Source: Phoronis australis (lineage: Eukaryota; Animalia; Phoronida). From it: a stretch of 64,000 bases of DNA. Location: the NCBI GenBank assembly GCA_002633005.1, contig NMRA01000003.1, positions 1,428,152 through 1,492,151 on the forward strand. Direction: 5' to 3'. The notes beneath the pieces were generated by a model that saw only the letters and a list, made by a program, of their open reading frames with translations, was not told the DNA's origin and made no database searches. The position numbers and the translations under genes are program-made. Positions 39,301 through 50,650 of the stretch are shown here, in pieces; the first letter of the stretch is position 1; every line of letters starts with the position of its first letter.

Positions 39301-42300
39301 TCGTAGCCAATGGTTGTAGTTTTTAGATTATTAGTTCATCAACTTTTAAAAATCGAAAACCGTACTTGGTTATTTTTTTCCAACTGAATACCGCCGTGGC
39401 GTTCGTTTATAACGAAAATTAGTGGTTAATACATTTTGAAAATTCGCCATTATGTACAGTCTGAGATGTCTAATACAGTTTATGGTCGGATGAATACACA
39501 AAACGTGCCGAGAGTGGCGTACATGGAGTGATATGCCACTCGACCAAAGGTCGAGGTCGATACGCGGAATAATGTCGAGTGGGATGTTACTTCATGTACG
39601 CCAATCGAGGTACGTATGGTATTTATCCCATACGCTTCGAATTCCTAAGTTTCTTTCATTTTTTCCGCAGATTTTTTAAATACTTCACTCAGACGGTTCA
39701 AGTGGCGGATCACATCCTATATGTATGTACTTGCGCGTTAGGCTGCAAGTTTTCGCTAGTAAAAGAAACTGTTTTAAATGTGGCGATTTATTACTTGAAA
39801 AGAGATAACAAAGACGAAAACAAGGGAAACTTTTCATTGAACTTGTAACATCTCCTGAAAATAGTTAAATATAACAACAACATTTGATATTGTAGTTACC
39901 AAGGAATCGGCGCCTGAGTTGCAGACGAGAAAATATTTAGCAAATGAAAACTGAGACAGAACTGTCATATAATTTAACAGTCCTGTTCCAGATGTTACGA
40001 TTGAGACCTGATTGCATGTTGGGTGTTCTTTACACTGCTATAATTGTATAACTTTATTTTCCGAAAGTTTGGTGATCAAACCGGCTAATGAGGTCGAGTC
40101 GACATTGACCTACCTTTTGAACTTTCAATGTCAGAGGTCACTGTTGAAGAAGTGCGGGAGGTGAATACGGAAAACTTTATTACATGGCCGTATTTCGCTC
40201 GACAGATTCAACGCGTATGGCATAATTACATTTAATTGGGTCTTGCTCGCATCGGGCAATGTGGTCATCACCATTGTATCTGATTCTGGCGCTTTGATTC
40301 TGGGACAAGCCGCTCAGAAGAACGAGCGGTGAATATTCCCGCATATCTTTAGAAATGCTTGGCTTCCTTGTAAGCGTATTATTCACGGCGGTAAGCCGGT
40401 GCTGGGGGTGAACTTACAGGTTCAGTTCTGGTCTTGAGCTGTAAGTGAAGAAACTATGTTTGTGAGTATTGCAGCTGTGTTGTTCAGGTGGCCTGGACGA
40501 ATGGAGATCTTAGACGATCCACACACGACCATTCTAGTCACGACTGCCTCTGGAGAGAGAGATCATTGCCTACGCTCAGAATAAAAACGAACTGTTTGCT
40601 ATCTGCTATCAACCATGGACTCAGAACTCAATTTTGTCATAACCCATGAGAACAAAAGTGACGACTTGGGGCTTGGGGCTTCTATGGGAAATTAATGCAC
40701 CGAGCACAAGGAGATTTTTTGACCGGAAATGTCTCCTTCATATATGATACGCGACTACATTTTGACAGGGGATGCAGATGGGCAATTAGAATTGTCATCC
40801 ATTTCGAGGGCAGTATTTGGATATAACGTGCCCATATTTTGATAACCAGTTTGATGCCCGCTATTCAGTGAAGAAAACTGGTTTTCAAAATTGGGGCACC
40901 GGCGTTATATTCCATGCGACAATTACCCATTTAGAGAGTGGGATCGACAGGAGCAAGCTCTATGATATAGTAACCATTTTTTCCAGAAACATCGCCTTTG
41001 TCACTTAATCTTAATCTAACGCATTCTTAGGCATTCTCGGCTAGATGTCTTAATTAAAAGTGAAATGGTACAAGAAATGACCCCATGCTCGGCTGTCAAA
41101 AGTGTGTGTGTTTACAATTGAAGTTTTGAGAACATAGATAACATTAAAAACTCTTTTTTTCTAAAGAGAAGATGTACCCTTTTACAAAGTTTTTAGCAAG
41201 ATGGTGCCTTTTATAAGGAATTGAATCTGAAACGGAACTCTTCCGTTGGAAAACTGGCTGCCGGGGAAAATGCCCTGCATTTGAGTGGCGCGTCCCGTAT
41301 ACAGCTTCTACGGAAGTACCTCCCGGAAATTACAGTTTGAAACGAGTACAGTAAGGTAGCCCCGATTGTACGAGGACAATCACTTTGTTTGATTTCTATG
41401 TGCATCAAAATTATGCCTTAGGCACTGGAAGAACGAAATAAAACCCTGGAGAAGTAATGGAAAGCTGAGCCAAATAGGTGCTCTGTGTGGGTGCGTGTAC
41501 TTTCTATTAAGTTAAATGCCGTCTGATTTCGCTGGCTAATAGTACTGAATCTCACAGGAATACAGTTGAAGAAACTCTACTCATTCAATCCATCCAGTCG
41601 TCAACAACCTGCTTGTCGTACATTCAGGCTAAACGTACTTAAGTAAGTCATTTTGCTATATTTTCCGCCGTATATGCGTATTGCCTGTGTCACCCATTGC
41701 CCCCTTCCCGGCTCCAACGCCCCCTGTTGCAATTGTCCCCCAATCCCTGGACATTATCAAGCACCATTTCCACTGGCGCTGTTGGAAGTGCATTTGCTGC
41801 CGTAACAATCTCTCTTCTAAACGGGCGAGTAGTTCACATCCGGGCTCCCATATTTACCCCTTCCCACTGAAGTAAAATGACGACATAGGCTGGCATGTCT
41901 TGTATTTCCCTTATACCTTTAGAAAGGCAGAGTTCGCTTGTTCACTGATTTAGACACAGTCGTTATATACGAAACATTAGAGTAAACATTATTTTGAACA
42001 CATTATTTCGGATTTACAGTGTAGGCACATGGGCCTCAATACCCACGTCGCACTGTATGTGTTTTTAAGGAGACATAAAACGTTCGTGCCATTTAATATT
42101 TCTTATGAAGTTTGAAAAATAACTTAAAAAATATTTTCATGAACGTTAACTTGTTTTTGAGATTAAATACGTGTGTTCAGAACCCCATTTTGAATGTGCC
42201 TCTTTTTGGAAAAAAATATTAAACTCGAAGGTCAAGTAATGCCATTCTTGTGAAAAAATTAAAACTGAAAAGCAAAATCACCATTGCCATTTTCACGTGA

Positions 42301-45300
42301 TGTTCGTCATGACAGCAATTTGTTGTTGCCATGCGATAAAGGCTATTCATCAAATCAAATTGTAAAACATATGACAACAATTTCATTAAAAATTCTGCAA
42401 TTTCAAAGAACGACTATTCCTGTGAATCTGGCCCAAGAAAAAGAATGAAGTTTGATATGAAATTCAATTTCCTGTTAACCTATGCAGTAGACGAAACAAA
42501 AATAAATACTCCACAATAAAGTGGCGTTTCAATGAAAGCAGGTGAACTTTTCCTAATCAAATCATGACTTTGCGGAAATTATCCAGAGTCTTAGAAATTG
42601 TTTTGCTGGAGACTGTTTATTCATGTCTTCGTCGATTTCCCTGTTTCACGCGATGTTATTTTATACAAGTTGTTTGCTTTCATTGTCAGTGTTACTGTCC
42701 TGTAACCTCATCGACGTGTTCCATTTGCATATTTCTATCACAAAGCTTTTAGTGTCAACCAGCCAATTGGGTTTCAATTTCTCTGACAGTGGGTGATTAA
42801 TGGTTCTTTACAACAAACACAAGTAATTGCAATTAATTAGTGTAGCTTGTGAGTGTTGGGACCATCATCGTGACGACTCCTGGCTTTTTATCGCTGATGC
42901 TATTCTGTATAATTGTCTCCGCGTGCTCTCAACGTCGTCTGCTTCTCTTGAACGCCATAGATGCGTGTAGTTTAATGCAAATGCCGGATTAATTAGGTCT
43001 TTTGAGCGTTTTGAAAAGTGGTGTGTCTAAAAATAGCGTTTCACATATCCAGAGAGATTTTTGAATAAAAGTTGTAAGCTACAGGAAACTGGCGTGACAT
43101 AAAATAACCTTGACTTTTTATACCACGTGTTTTTGACTTCAGCTAGCCGTTTTGAAACTCCGAAGTTATGAAAGTAAAGTTGCATAACCTTAGAGTTTTA
43201 GTTTCCTAGGATAGTAAAATTACTATGGTGGTCATGCCGAGTTACTGTGCACCATTGTGCACTACTCTCAGACACACTATTGGCAACACATAAGGGCACT
43301 TCCAAAATACAACAACGGATAGCGAAAGCACACGAGTCTATCATTAGAGTGACACGTAGGCAATCGCATGTCCGTTTCATTAATTTCCATGAAACATTGA
43401 GGTGAGGGAGTTATCGCAGGTGACCATGAATAGCATTTCAAGTAACTTACTGAATGTGGCTGAATAGAATTCAATGACTTTTGATTTTTAAGAAAAAGGC
43501 TAAGGCTTATTACACCTGTGCAATGTAACCAATACAGAGTACGTAGCTGTCACTGAAAGGAGGTGTGACATAATGTGGGGGGTTAAATGAACTTTGTGTA
43601 ATTGCAGGAGTTCATCAAATAAATGAATGGGTCTCCATTTAAGTTTCTAATAATATGACAAATATCTAACTTTTTCTCTGAAGACCTTCATACACTTGAC
43701 ACTCGAAAAAAACGCGTCTCTTATCCCCAATAGCACCAGTGCATACAGAGCAGAAATGTTGATATCTAGCCATACCAAAGTGTCTGCCAGTTTCGATTTG
43801 CAGTTTATGATTTGAACACCTAAAACACGCAAGAGTTGAAATTAAATATTTGTTTATCTAGACATCTGCCATAATCTTTAAGAATGAGCTTATTTATACG
43901 AATCTAATTTATCAAAAGATGATATTTCATCCATCCATTGTTGTTCATCTACGTCAATACACCTTTATTTAATTCCATTCCTCATTTTCAACTCCTTGAC
44001 TGACCTATAGAATGCCAAACCCAGTCGTGTGCAGTAGGCCTAACTTTTTTACATGAAGACCCCAGCTTTAGCTGCTTAATTCAAAAAACGGCATATTGAA
44101 TGTCATAACATGTGTGGGTTTATCTAGTCTCATGCAATTACATGAAATTCAACAAACAAGAAATATTTGATAATCTTTAACACATATACATTTTCAACAA
44201 AATCAGTGTTTTTCTTACCTGATAAGCTAAATTTGAGTTTTTGCCCAGACACCTCGCGTAATAAAATAAGTACCCAAGATATTTGCAACTGAATCCAACG
44301 CCGATTCGTTCTTTGTGACAGGACCATTTTCACAATTACTAAAGTAACCTCTTTTTCTGAACACCGCAACTTCCCCATGTTACTAACTAATTGCCATTTT
44401 TTACAACACATATCAATTATCTTAATAAGCAGTTGCAATTCTGATACAACTAAACTATACGCAAATAACATATAGTACAACTTCAACATAGCTAGTGACA
44501 TATCAGCATCATTAGTGTTCTTCCACTCTCGTTTATTTAAGTATATTGAAAATTAAAAGTTCAAAGCTGGCACTCATGGACAAATGACCTAAGTAATCCG
44601 AGATTTCACCAATTTGGTTTACACGGTTTACAAACAACATTTTATACATTTTACCAGATATGTTGTGACTGATCAGTTTATACTTTAATTCACTCTGCAT
44701 CCCCTGTTGAATGCTTTTTAAAAATCAACGAATAGACAATAAAAGAAGTTTGTTGAACGACAAGTACCTTAGGTCGGGGTTTTATTTTTGTTCTGGAAAT
44801 CGAGCTCGAAAATATTTTGTCACTTTCTATTCTACCTTTGTGCAAACTTTGGATACGTGGCTACTAGCCTGTGCTCGAGTACGTAATGCTTTATGCATAT
44901 GAGTTTCTAGTCCAAGTTGAGACTTGGTGAATCCTATATCTGTGTTACGAACTCGCGTGAAAACTCGAGATTTCAAGTAAAAACTCGAACTTTTAGCTTT
45001 TCTGTTGGGGCCATCAAGTGCAAATTATGACTTGGACGTTATCCACGTAAGCCATTACGTACTCGAGCACAGAATAGTAGATAATATATTTACATTGAAT
45101 TCGCACAAAAGTAGAATAGAGAATGTCAAAATGATTTCCCGCCCGATTTCGAGTAAAAATATTAGACCTCGGTTCTTCGTAGTCAGAGTATGTAAAAAAC
45201 CTTGTTGTCTGCCGTAGGATGACCTTTTCGAAAACTTAATTGGCATTCCGACCGAGTTTTATTTTCGTCTAAAAAAGCCTAATTTAAGACATTGTTGAGT

Positions 45301-48300
45301 CACATGACATGATTTATAGTTCACCTTGTATGGCCTGCTTGGTTACATCGTTCAGCTTCCCAACCAGGATTCGTGCACTAATTTGCTAACCAGAATAGAA
45401 TAAGCAGAGCAAAAATATTTGAAATATCTTGTGTCTTTTAATCATGTCTCTTGGTCAGTTGGTTTACCAACGTTCTGTTGAGTGTCGAACTTTGTTGCGA
45501 GAACACGAACGGAACGGAATAAGGATTATTAATAACGACAAGTGTCGAGTATTCAACCAATTTTGCATATCGAACAAAAATGTGAAAACGTTTTAATTTT
45601 TGTTCCGGTTACTGGCTCAACCAGCGAGTGATTTATGGTCAGAGTTTTGCTCGTGTCAGACTCACCCCGATAGGTTGTGAACTGTTCAAAGATGGATATA
45701 CGTTCTACTAACAAACACGGTGTGAAACACAAGAGTGAACCTAAAGAGTACGAATAAAACTTGAAATTTTGATGCTTATTTTTAAAAACTTTCGATAGAT
45801 ATTAAAAAGATGCTGTATATGATGATGTAAAAACGCAAGTCAATGTTTGGAAGGTCACGAGAACAATCAAACTCATCGAGATGGAATTCGTTGCTTTCAC
45901 CACGGTACAGGAGAGGGGTGATGCAGGAGGGGTAATCATATAGCCGATAAATCACGAGACTAGTATTTCGTTAGGAGATTGTTATTAGAAAAGAATTGTT
46001 TGTTACCGGAATTTTCCATAGATAAGCCCATGGGCGTGTATTTGGAAAATGAAAATTTTCAGGCGTTTTAGTAACACGAAATAAAGGTCCGGACGTTTAT
46101 TCGGAAAAGGAGGGTTTGTAAACGGAAAGTCACAGTTTGGCTGACTTTGAAATTTTTCACTAAAAACTGTGTTTTAAATTCTGTGTTGATAAATGCATAA
46201 CTCGCCAACACATTCTTCGTTTATAAAAATGATAAATGCTACACAAAACTGAATCTGTGACAAAAAGTTGACGATGAGTGGGCTTTTAAGAGGAAATTTC
46301 CGAATGAACGCCCATGGGCGTTTCATCGGGTGGCCTATCTACGAAAAATCCCGGAAAGAGTGGAATTTTCTGGCGGCGATCGCTATGTGAATCGAGAGAG
46401 CTTTGCGGATTTTCTGTAATCTTTACGGATTTCAAAGTTCTCTAGTATTGACATTGGTAAACGAAGATATTAGAGATTTTTTAATCATCGGCAACCCCTG
46501 GGATGCACAAGAATTCAATGGGAATTATAAAGACAGTAATACAGCTTAACACGCACAGAACTCCAAAGGCGCATAGTTTGTATAACGGTTTTGTAGTGAA
46601 ATGACTCAACGTCTCAGACGTTCGTTGCTCCTCTGATTCATAAATTACCTATTATAAAAAATGTCAAAATTTATGTTTCAAGGAATTGTGATGGAAGGTG
46701 AAATTGGACCCCAAGCAGGAAATTATGATATTTTGGATTTTTACAAATCTGGAACCCGTTCCAAGAAACCGCCTTTAGTTCATTTTCACCGAAGTCTAAT
46801 AGTTGTCTCTACTTCAAAACTTGAAACCTCCATATCCGGGAACTTAGTCAAAATTTAGACAAACCTTAAGCCAAAAACCTAAGTCAAACTGAAGATCTCT
46901 TTCTTGAAACAAGCTTGAGACAAATTCAAGTTTCATCTTAAAATTGACTGAAATTTAAGATTTGTCTTGGCTAAGTCAGCTTTCTTGGAACGAGCCCTTG
47001 AAGTAGCTCTGTTGGAAATATATGTTTCGGAGCGATTTCATCTTAGTTGAGTAAATTCGGGCAACTGTCAACAATATGTCCCATGAGCTTTCGTACGTTA
47101 ATGATTAACTTATTTGCCACATAGACCAAAACACTGCGAGTGATTGGGTGAATTATTGGGCTTCCTATCCTTGTCCGGGAGTTGTGAACATTAGTCTTGA
47201 AAGGTTGGTAAAAAATCGTCACATTTTCGCAAACATCGATAACGCTATGAGAAATCCCAAATCGACTGTGCAAAAGGAGATTATACGAAATCCGGAGGTT
47301 TTATGACTTTAAATCTCTGATGAACATAATCAAGAGTGAAGGGTACAGAACTAAACCTAGTGAAACTGTAAGTTTAATTTGACTGTCAATTGAGAAGAAT
47401 AAATGGAAATCCTACTGAAATCATTTACTTTGGTTTGCCATTTTAATTAGGTTTGAGGTATAACTGGAACGCTCTAGAATATGAATGAATTAGAAAAGAT
47501 GTGTGTTGAACTTTTGTCATATCTAGAGGTCATTTCATTTCCTTGTTATAATTGTCATTTGAACAGTTGAAAGGATCTGGTGAATATAATGTAGAAATAT
47601 CCACAGTGTGAGTAACTAGACAAACAGTGGTCACTCGCTATGTTGTATAAACGGATAGCGTTAGAACGAATATTGACTAGACCTCAGCGTTGTTGTTACA
47701 CAAAGAGATCAGAAGAAAGTCAGTGAACGTCGTTGGTTGTTATTAAACGGTTGGAACATTTGGTACAAAATGTGATGCCAGTATGGTTAGTGAAATACAT
47801 GTTGAAGATGTCGGCAGGCCTTGATGAGTCTCAACACACTTGGTCGATTACTTTACCTGAACTCCTCTGCGTAAAAGAATGAACAACGATTTGAAAATCC
47901 TTCATCGTCTCAGTGTCATTTTCAATAATTTTCATTTGAGAAAGAGTTAACTTTTGTGTCCATATTTGCTCGCCGGGGGAATTGGACTGAGTTTTTAAAC
48001 GCCTGTAAACATTTTCCCTAAGACTACAAGCAGAAGTTCACTAAATAAAACTTAACTGAGCAGCATTATACCTGTGCCTCCTTTCAAAAACACGTGTTTA
48101 TTTAGGCCTTTTACGGTTGTGAATTTGGTTTCAAATTGTTCATTAGTTAAAATTGGTGGTGTGACTTCTTGGCGTGGACAGAACTGACAGATCGTTCTTC
48201 CTTAAGGTCGAAGAAATATGGAACTGTCACTTCTTTTTTATCCTAGAGGTAACTTCTAAACTGAGCAAGGTACAAGACAAGAAATATTTTATACAGGTAA

Positions 48301-48464
48301 ATCAAAATTTGTTTTTGACAGAGTGTTTTAAGTGAAATTACCTTATTTTGATGAATGTTTGGCATTTGAACGTCGATTGATACCACGTTTGGGTCCTCGT
48401 CTACGGAACTCTGAGTAGAAATTTGCGCCAATACCATGAGCCAACACAGCGCTATCAACGTCAT
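14638..48464 (-). CDS. PHM: Monofunctional peptidylglycine alpha-hydroxylating monooxygenase-like (copper type II ascorbate-dependent monooxygenase), divergent; 11 coding exons, 333 aa, secreted
   Basis: Minus-strand exons 48464-48342, 29850-29793, 26991-26901, 26697-26600, 25973-25847, 21902-21838, 17993-17910, 17244-17171, 16407-16354, 16176-16127 and 14815-14638 join in phase (1002 nt, ATG to TAG). Signal peptide, then DVQMP, LHHI, IQVHY, DNSG, VHSH, WTLIGR, GDILASRC and DEMCN, collinear with the PHM catalytic core. No PAL domain or TM segment. The symbol means 'like'. Confidence 0.9.
15137..15371. mobile_element. MITE with GGGCTCGTTCCAAGAAA TIR (possibly Harbinger-type)
   Basis: Clear TIRs; second homologous copy at 46751-46998. 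Confidence 0.65.
16127..16176 (-). CDS. PHM-like exon 10
   Basis: ASRCHLRNASPRPLTFG; atttag acceptor, gtaagt donor. Confidence 0.85.
16354..16407 (-). CDS. PHM-like exon 9
   Basis: ANIKSATPNVVFRKGDIL; ttgtag acceptor, gtacgt donor. Confidence 0.82.
17171..17244 (-). CDS. PHM-like exon 8
   Basis: ATLIEGFHVRGDKWTLIGRMTPVVQ; ttgcag acceptor, gtaata donor. Confidence 0.9.
17309..17361. repeat. (ACC)n microsatellite
   Basis: Directly visible, in the intron between PHM-like exons 7 and 8. Confidence 0.85.
17910..17993 (-). CDS. PHM-like exon 7 (CuM HxH)
   Basis: DYGADCACAWTSDEEVEVIGYSVHSHKA; cattag acceptor, gtagag donor. Confidence 0.88.
18680..20297 (+). mobile_element. Kolobok DNA transposon, family A, internally deleted (THAP-transposase 5' part plus convergent KolX remnant)
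   Basis: TTAA on both sides (18676-79, 20298-301); AGG...CCT ends; TIRs of about 155-160 bp. Disrupted THAP (MPHCCCV..HRFP..W..RVCGKHF..RLKKDDIPSV), then KFIVDLSKVLELFRRCQVC...WECVAGH..W. Opposite strand reads YMFEP...RRGDTSWCKCTVC. Confidence 0.85.
20763..21090 (+). mobile_element. TTAA-flanked MITE carrying an antisense tRNA-like segment
   Basis: TTAA flanks; right end GTGTCCCT complements the AGGGACA start of the homologous copy at 1296; minus strand has a GTTCGATTCC B-box. Confidence 0.55.
21838..21902 (-). CDS. PHM-like exon 6
   Basis: KPYSAGFFVTAIVGSVPGWQT; tttcag acceptor, gtgagt donor. Confidence 0.85.
22193..22548. mobile_element. Probable TTAA-flanked MITE
   Basis: TTAA on both sides; imperfect TIR of about 14 bp (AAGGGTATCAAACC / GGTTTAGTATCCCT). 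Confidence 0.4.
22749..22899. mobile_element. Small TA-flanked MITE
   Basis: TACTCGCCCGGG ... CCCGGGCGAGTACGG inverted ends, flanked by TA. Confidence 0.5.
22932..24665 (+). mobile_element. Kolobok DNA transposon, family B, non-autonomous with THAP remnant
   Basis: TTAA flanks; 15-bp TIR AGGAGAATGC(T/C)ACCC; THAP CIVPACPN...LFRLP..W...RVCGRHF at 23096-23330; short internal tandem duplication near 24057-24168. Confidence 0.85.
24758..25137. mobile_element. TA-flanked MITE (Tc1/mariner-pogo type)
   Basis: TIR core TTTTCCGTAGAT.AGCCCA; TA flanks; inverted homolog at 46006-46354. Confidence 0.6.
25847..25973 (-). CDS. PHM-like exon 5 (QVHY)
   Basis: DVGIEIGGRSQLQYIVIQVHYAGPIQGGATDNSGMRIFLTPTP; tttcag acceptor, gtgagt donor. 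Confidence 0.92.
26600..26697 (-). CDS. PHM-like exon 4
   Basis: TCYAGNECKDSAAVIWGWSAYGVDITKWRYPD; ttccag acceptor, gtgaga donor. Confidence 0.85.
26901..26991 (-). CDS. PHM-like exon 3 (CuH His-His)
   Basis: VGVDLLANFDSPLHHISVIACAEPKEHKSFW; tttcag acceptor, gtaagt donor. Confidence 0.88.
27543..28005 (+). mobile_element. Kolobok family A, truncated 5' fragment
   Basis: TTAA then AGGCGAAGGCAACC; collinear with the 18680 copy through the TIR and a deleted THAP; no right end seen. Confidence 0.8.
28479..29126. mobile_element. Non-autonomous TIR element (GGCACTGAACAGTT ends)
   Basis: Imperfect TIRs; diverged inverted relative at about 55066-55662. Confidence 0.45.
29793..29850 (-). CDS. PHM-like exon 2
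   Basis: AYAWKCHSQKIQTPQPLYI; ttttccacag acceptor, gtgggt donor. Confidence 0.8.
29925..30190. repeat. Degenerate (ATC)n-type microsatellite
   Basis: Directly visible. Confidence 0.7.
30909..31103. mobile_element. CAGTG-ended MITE, 5-bp TSD
   Basis: CAGTG...ATCTGCCACTG; flanks CTATC/CTATT. Confidence 0.6.
31214..31372. mobile_element. CAGGGG/CAGTGG-ended MITE, 5-bp TSD
   Basis: CAGGGGTGGAT...ATCCGCCACTG; flanks AAGTG/AAGCG. Confidence 0.65.
31465..33012 (+). mobile_element. Kolobok family B, 5'-truncated copy
   Basis: Collinear with 23053-24665; ends GGGTGGCATTCTCCT followed by TTAA. Confidence 0.85.
33165..33595. repeat. Degenerate trinucleotide microsatellite (ATC/GTC/ATT)n
   Basis: Directly visible; produces the poly-D/H/I/M ORFs in the track. 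Confidence 0.9.
39496..40019 (+). repeat. Dispersed repeat (uninterrupted copy); interrupted paralog at about 59295-60716
   Basis: Block-by-block similarity on both sides of the two insertions in the 59-60 kb copy. Confidence 0.8.
43600..44520 (-). mobile_element. Decayed non-LTR retrotransposon 3' portion (RT end plus zinc-finger tail; RTE-X/CR1-group-like)
   Basis: LQLLIKIIDMCCKKWQLV.N, then EQQWMDEISSFDKLDSYK and FRCSNHKLQIETGRH...FCSVC...FFECQVY, across frameshifts and stops. Confidence 0.7.
46006..46354. mobile_element. Inverted copy of the TA-flanked MITE
   Basis: CCGGAATTTTCCATAGATAAGCCCATGGGCG...CTACGAAAAATCCCGG; homologous to 24758-25137. Confidence 0.6.
46751..46998. mobile_element. 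Second copy of the GGGCTCGTTCCAAGAAA MITE
   Basis: TIRs and internal homology to 15137-15371. Confidence 0.65.
48342..48464 (-). CDS. PHM-like exon 1 (signal peptide)
   Basis: MTLIALCWLMVLAQISTQSSVDEDPNVVSIDVQMPNIHQNK, then gtaatt donor; joining exon 2 gives the MP-x11-C spacing seen in PHM. Confidence 0.8.
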
Positions 48465-49633
48465 GTTGTCTTGACCGTTACTCACAATTTCAGACCAACT
48501 GAAACAAAGCACAGTAAATTGACGTCCGTCTGGTCACTGCACACCATCCTTATGTCCTGCATCAAACGCTCTTAGCGTTACTTTAAATCCTCCGTCACGC
48601 AACACTCTACAATTCAGTGGTCGTCCACATCAGCGCCGCGATGTCATGAGCAGAAGATTATGACGTCGATTGGATGTTTTTCACCAGCTTTTTTCTACCT
48701 TAGTAGAAATTTTCAGGACTGGCACTCGAAACAATTGTTACAGACCGCGGCCGTCACGTCATCGATCGCAGTGTACTTTGTCTGATTAAGCCCACGGATA
48801 AATAACGACTATGATATAACTTAGCATATCAGCGGCAGAAGAATCCTCACAGCCCACAGTTAATTAATTTTAATGACTTCGCATTACAGAGGCATTACAG
48901 CGTGGCGAGTATATTTGGATTTCAATTGCCAAAATCCAGTCTTGGAAGTGTTTTGTACTTCGGGATTAGAGCAGTTCTTCTCAAAGTAGCACTTTGTGTG
49001 TATAAGGGTTTTGGATAATAGATTTTCAGGGCGGAAAACCTCACTGCGTAGTGTCGTTTGAAATACAAGTAGGAAGACGTGGCATTGATAAAGTGACAAA
49101 TACTGTGAATTCGTGGAAACTTCAGTAAAAGCTGTTTTTGAGCAAGCAATCTTGACATGGTTTCTACTTGCGTCCACGCCTGGGTGTAAACGACGCAGTT
49201 CAAAGAGACTGTCAAAGAGTTTTAATTTGGCGATAGCTTGCATGAAGGCCGTATACTGTGACAAAAGTCAAAAATTCAATGCTTAATAATTAAACAACAG
49301 TTATAGTGACCAGTGTAAGGTTTCAATATGACGAACAATAGTCAGTCAGAATTAAAACATTTTTCCTGTGTATGGCTAGATATACCCTCAAGCACTTTAT
49401 ATTTCAAAAAGTTACCACATTTTAAGTTCGCATTTTTTGTAAAAAAGGCAAAGATTTTTATGCCCTTCTGGAAAGACATCATTGGACAAGAGATGGTGCT
49501 ATTGACAGCTTCTTTAGCCAGCCGTTCAGTTCACTAGTAACGCGCAGATCTCGCTACAAAGCAAGACTTCGCGAGATTACGTGAGATATTGCCGTGTATT
49601 TTAAATGAGAACACGCGGTCATTGGCTAGATTT

Positions 49634-49812
49634 TAGCGATGTCCTAGCGATGTCCTAGCGATGTCCTAGCGATGTCCTAGCGTAGGTCCTAGCGTAGGTC
49701 CTAGCGATGTCCTAGCGTAGGTCCTAGCGTAGGTCCTAGCATAGGTCCTGGCGTAGGTCCTGGCGTAGGTCCTGGCGTAGGTCCTGGCGTAGGTCCTGGC
49801 GTAGGTCCTAGC
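49634..49812. repeat. Minisatellite of 11/12-bp units (TAGCGATGTCC, T(A/G)GCGTAGGTCC), about 15 units
   Basis: Directly visible; lies inside a MITE copy. Confidence 0.92.
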
Positions 49813-50650
49813 GTTGCTGAACTCTATCCAGGTTTCTTGTTAAAGATAACGTTACAAAATTCTTATGGAATGTTCTGCATTACCATGTAATAAAACTCTG
49901 AAAGAATCGTTTGTGTTAGATTTAAAATACGACCGAACTGCATTTCTCAAGCCAAAATGCCTTGTGAAAGGTGAAGAGAATTCATCATGTTGGCAACAGT
50001 TTACTATTAGAAGATCATTTACAATTTTAAGTTCATGAGATACTATCGTTTATAATGCAATTTTTGACTTGTATCACAGAGTTTCATAAGGAAAGTTTTA
50101 ATGATATATCTATGAAAACAAATTGTCATGAACAACGACATCTGTTTGGCCAAAAAAGGTGTCAGTGTTTCGTTAACTTTGTGAAAATCCTTTTTTCAAG
50201 CAATTTCTGTTACATCGGTGTATACTGTTGAAATATTGGAACATTGCAATTGAGTAAAAATGAGCAATTTAGTGGCAAAACGTAAAATTCCAATGATTTG
50301 GTAAATGTGTATCAATATTCGAGTTTTGACCTATGGACTGTCAATGAACTCAGGAAACGTCATTTTATGCTTCTTGTTACTTATATTTTAATGTGGCTCT
50401 CTCAAATTATGTCTATTGATTGTAAATGACTTTTTAGTCAGTTCAACGTAGAGAAGGGCGGAAAGTCCAGGGTTAGAAACTGGTGGTGGAGGACGGGTAA
50501 GAGTTAAATGAAGTGGACGTTGTCTCTTGAATTGTCACCTACTACACTGAACGCGGAATTTTTTTACACTGGAAAAGTACATCTAAAAATGAGATGGAAA
50601 AATCAAACCTAAACCAGGCCATTGTACTCACAAAACCTATTGGATTAAAA

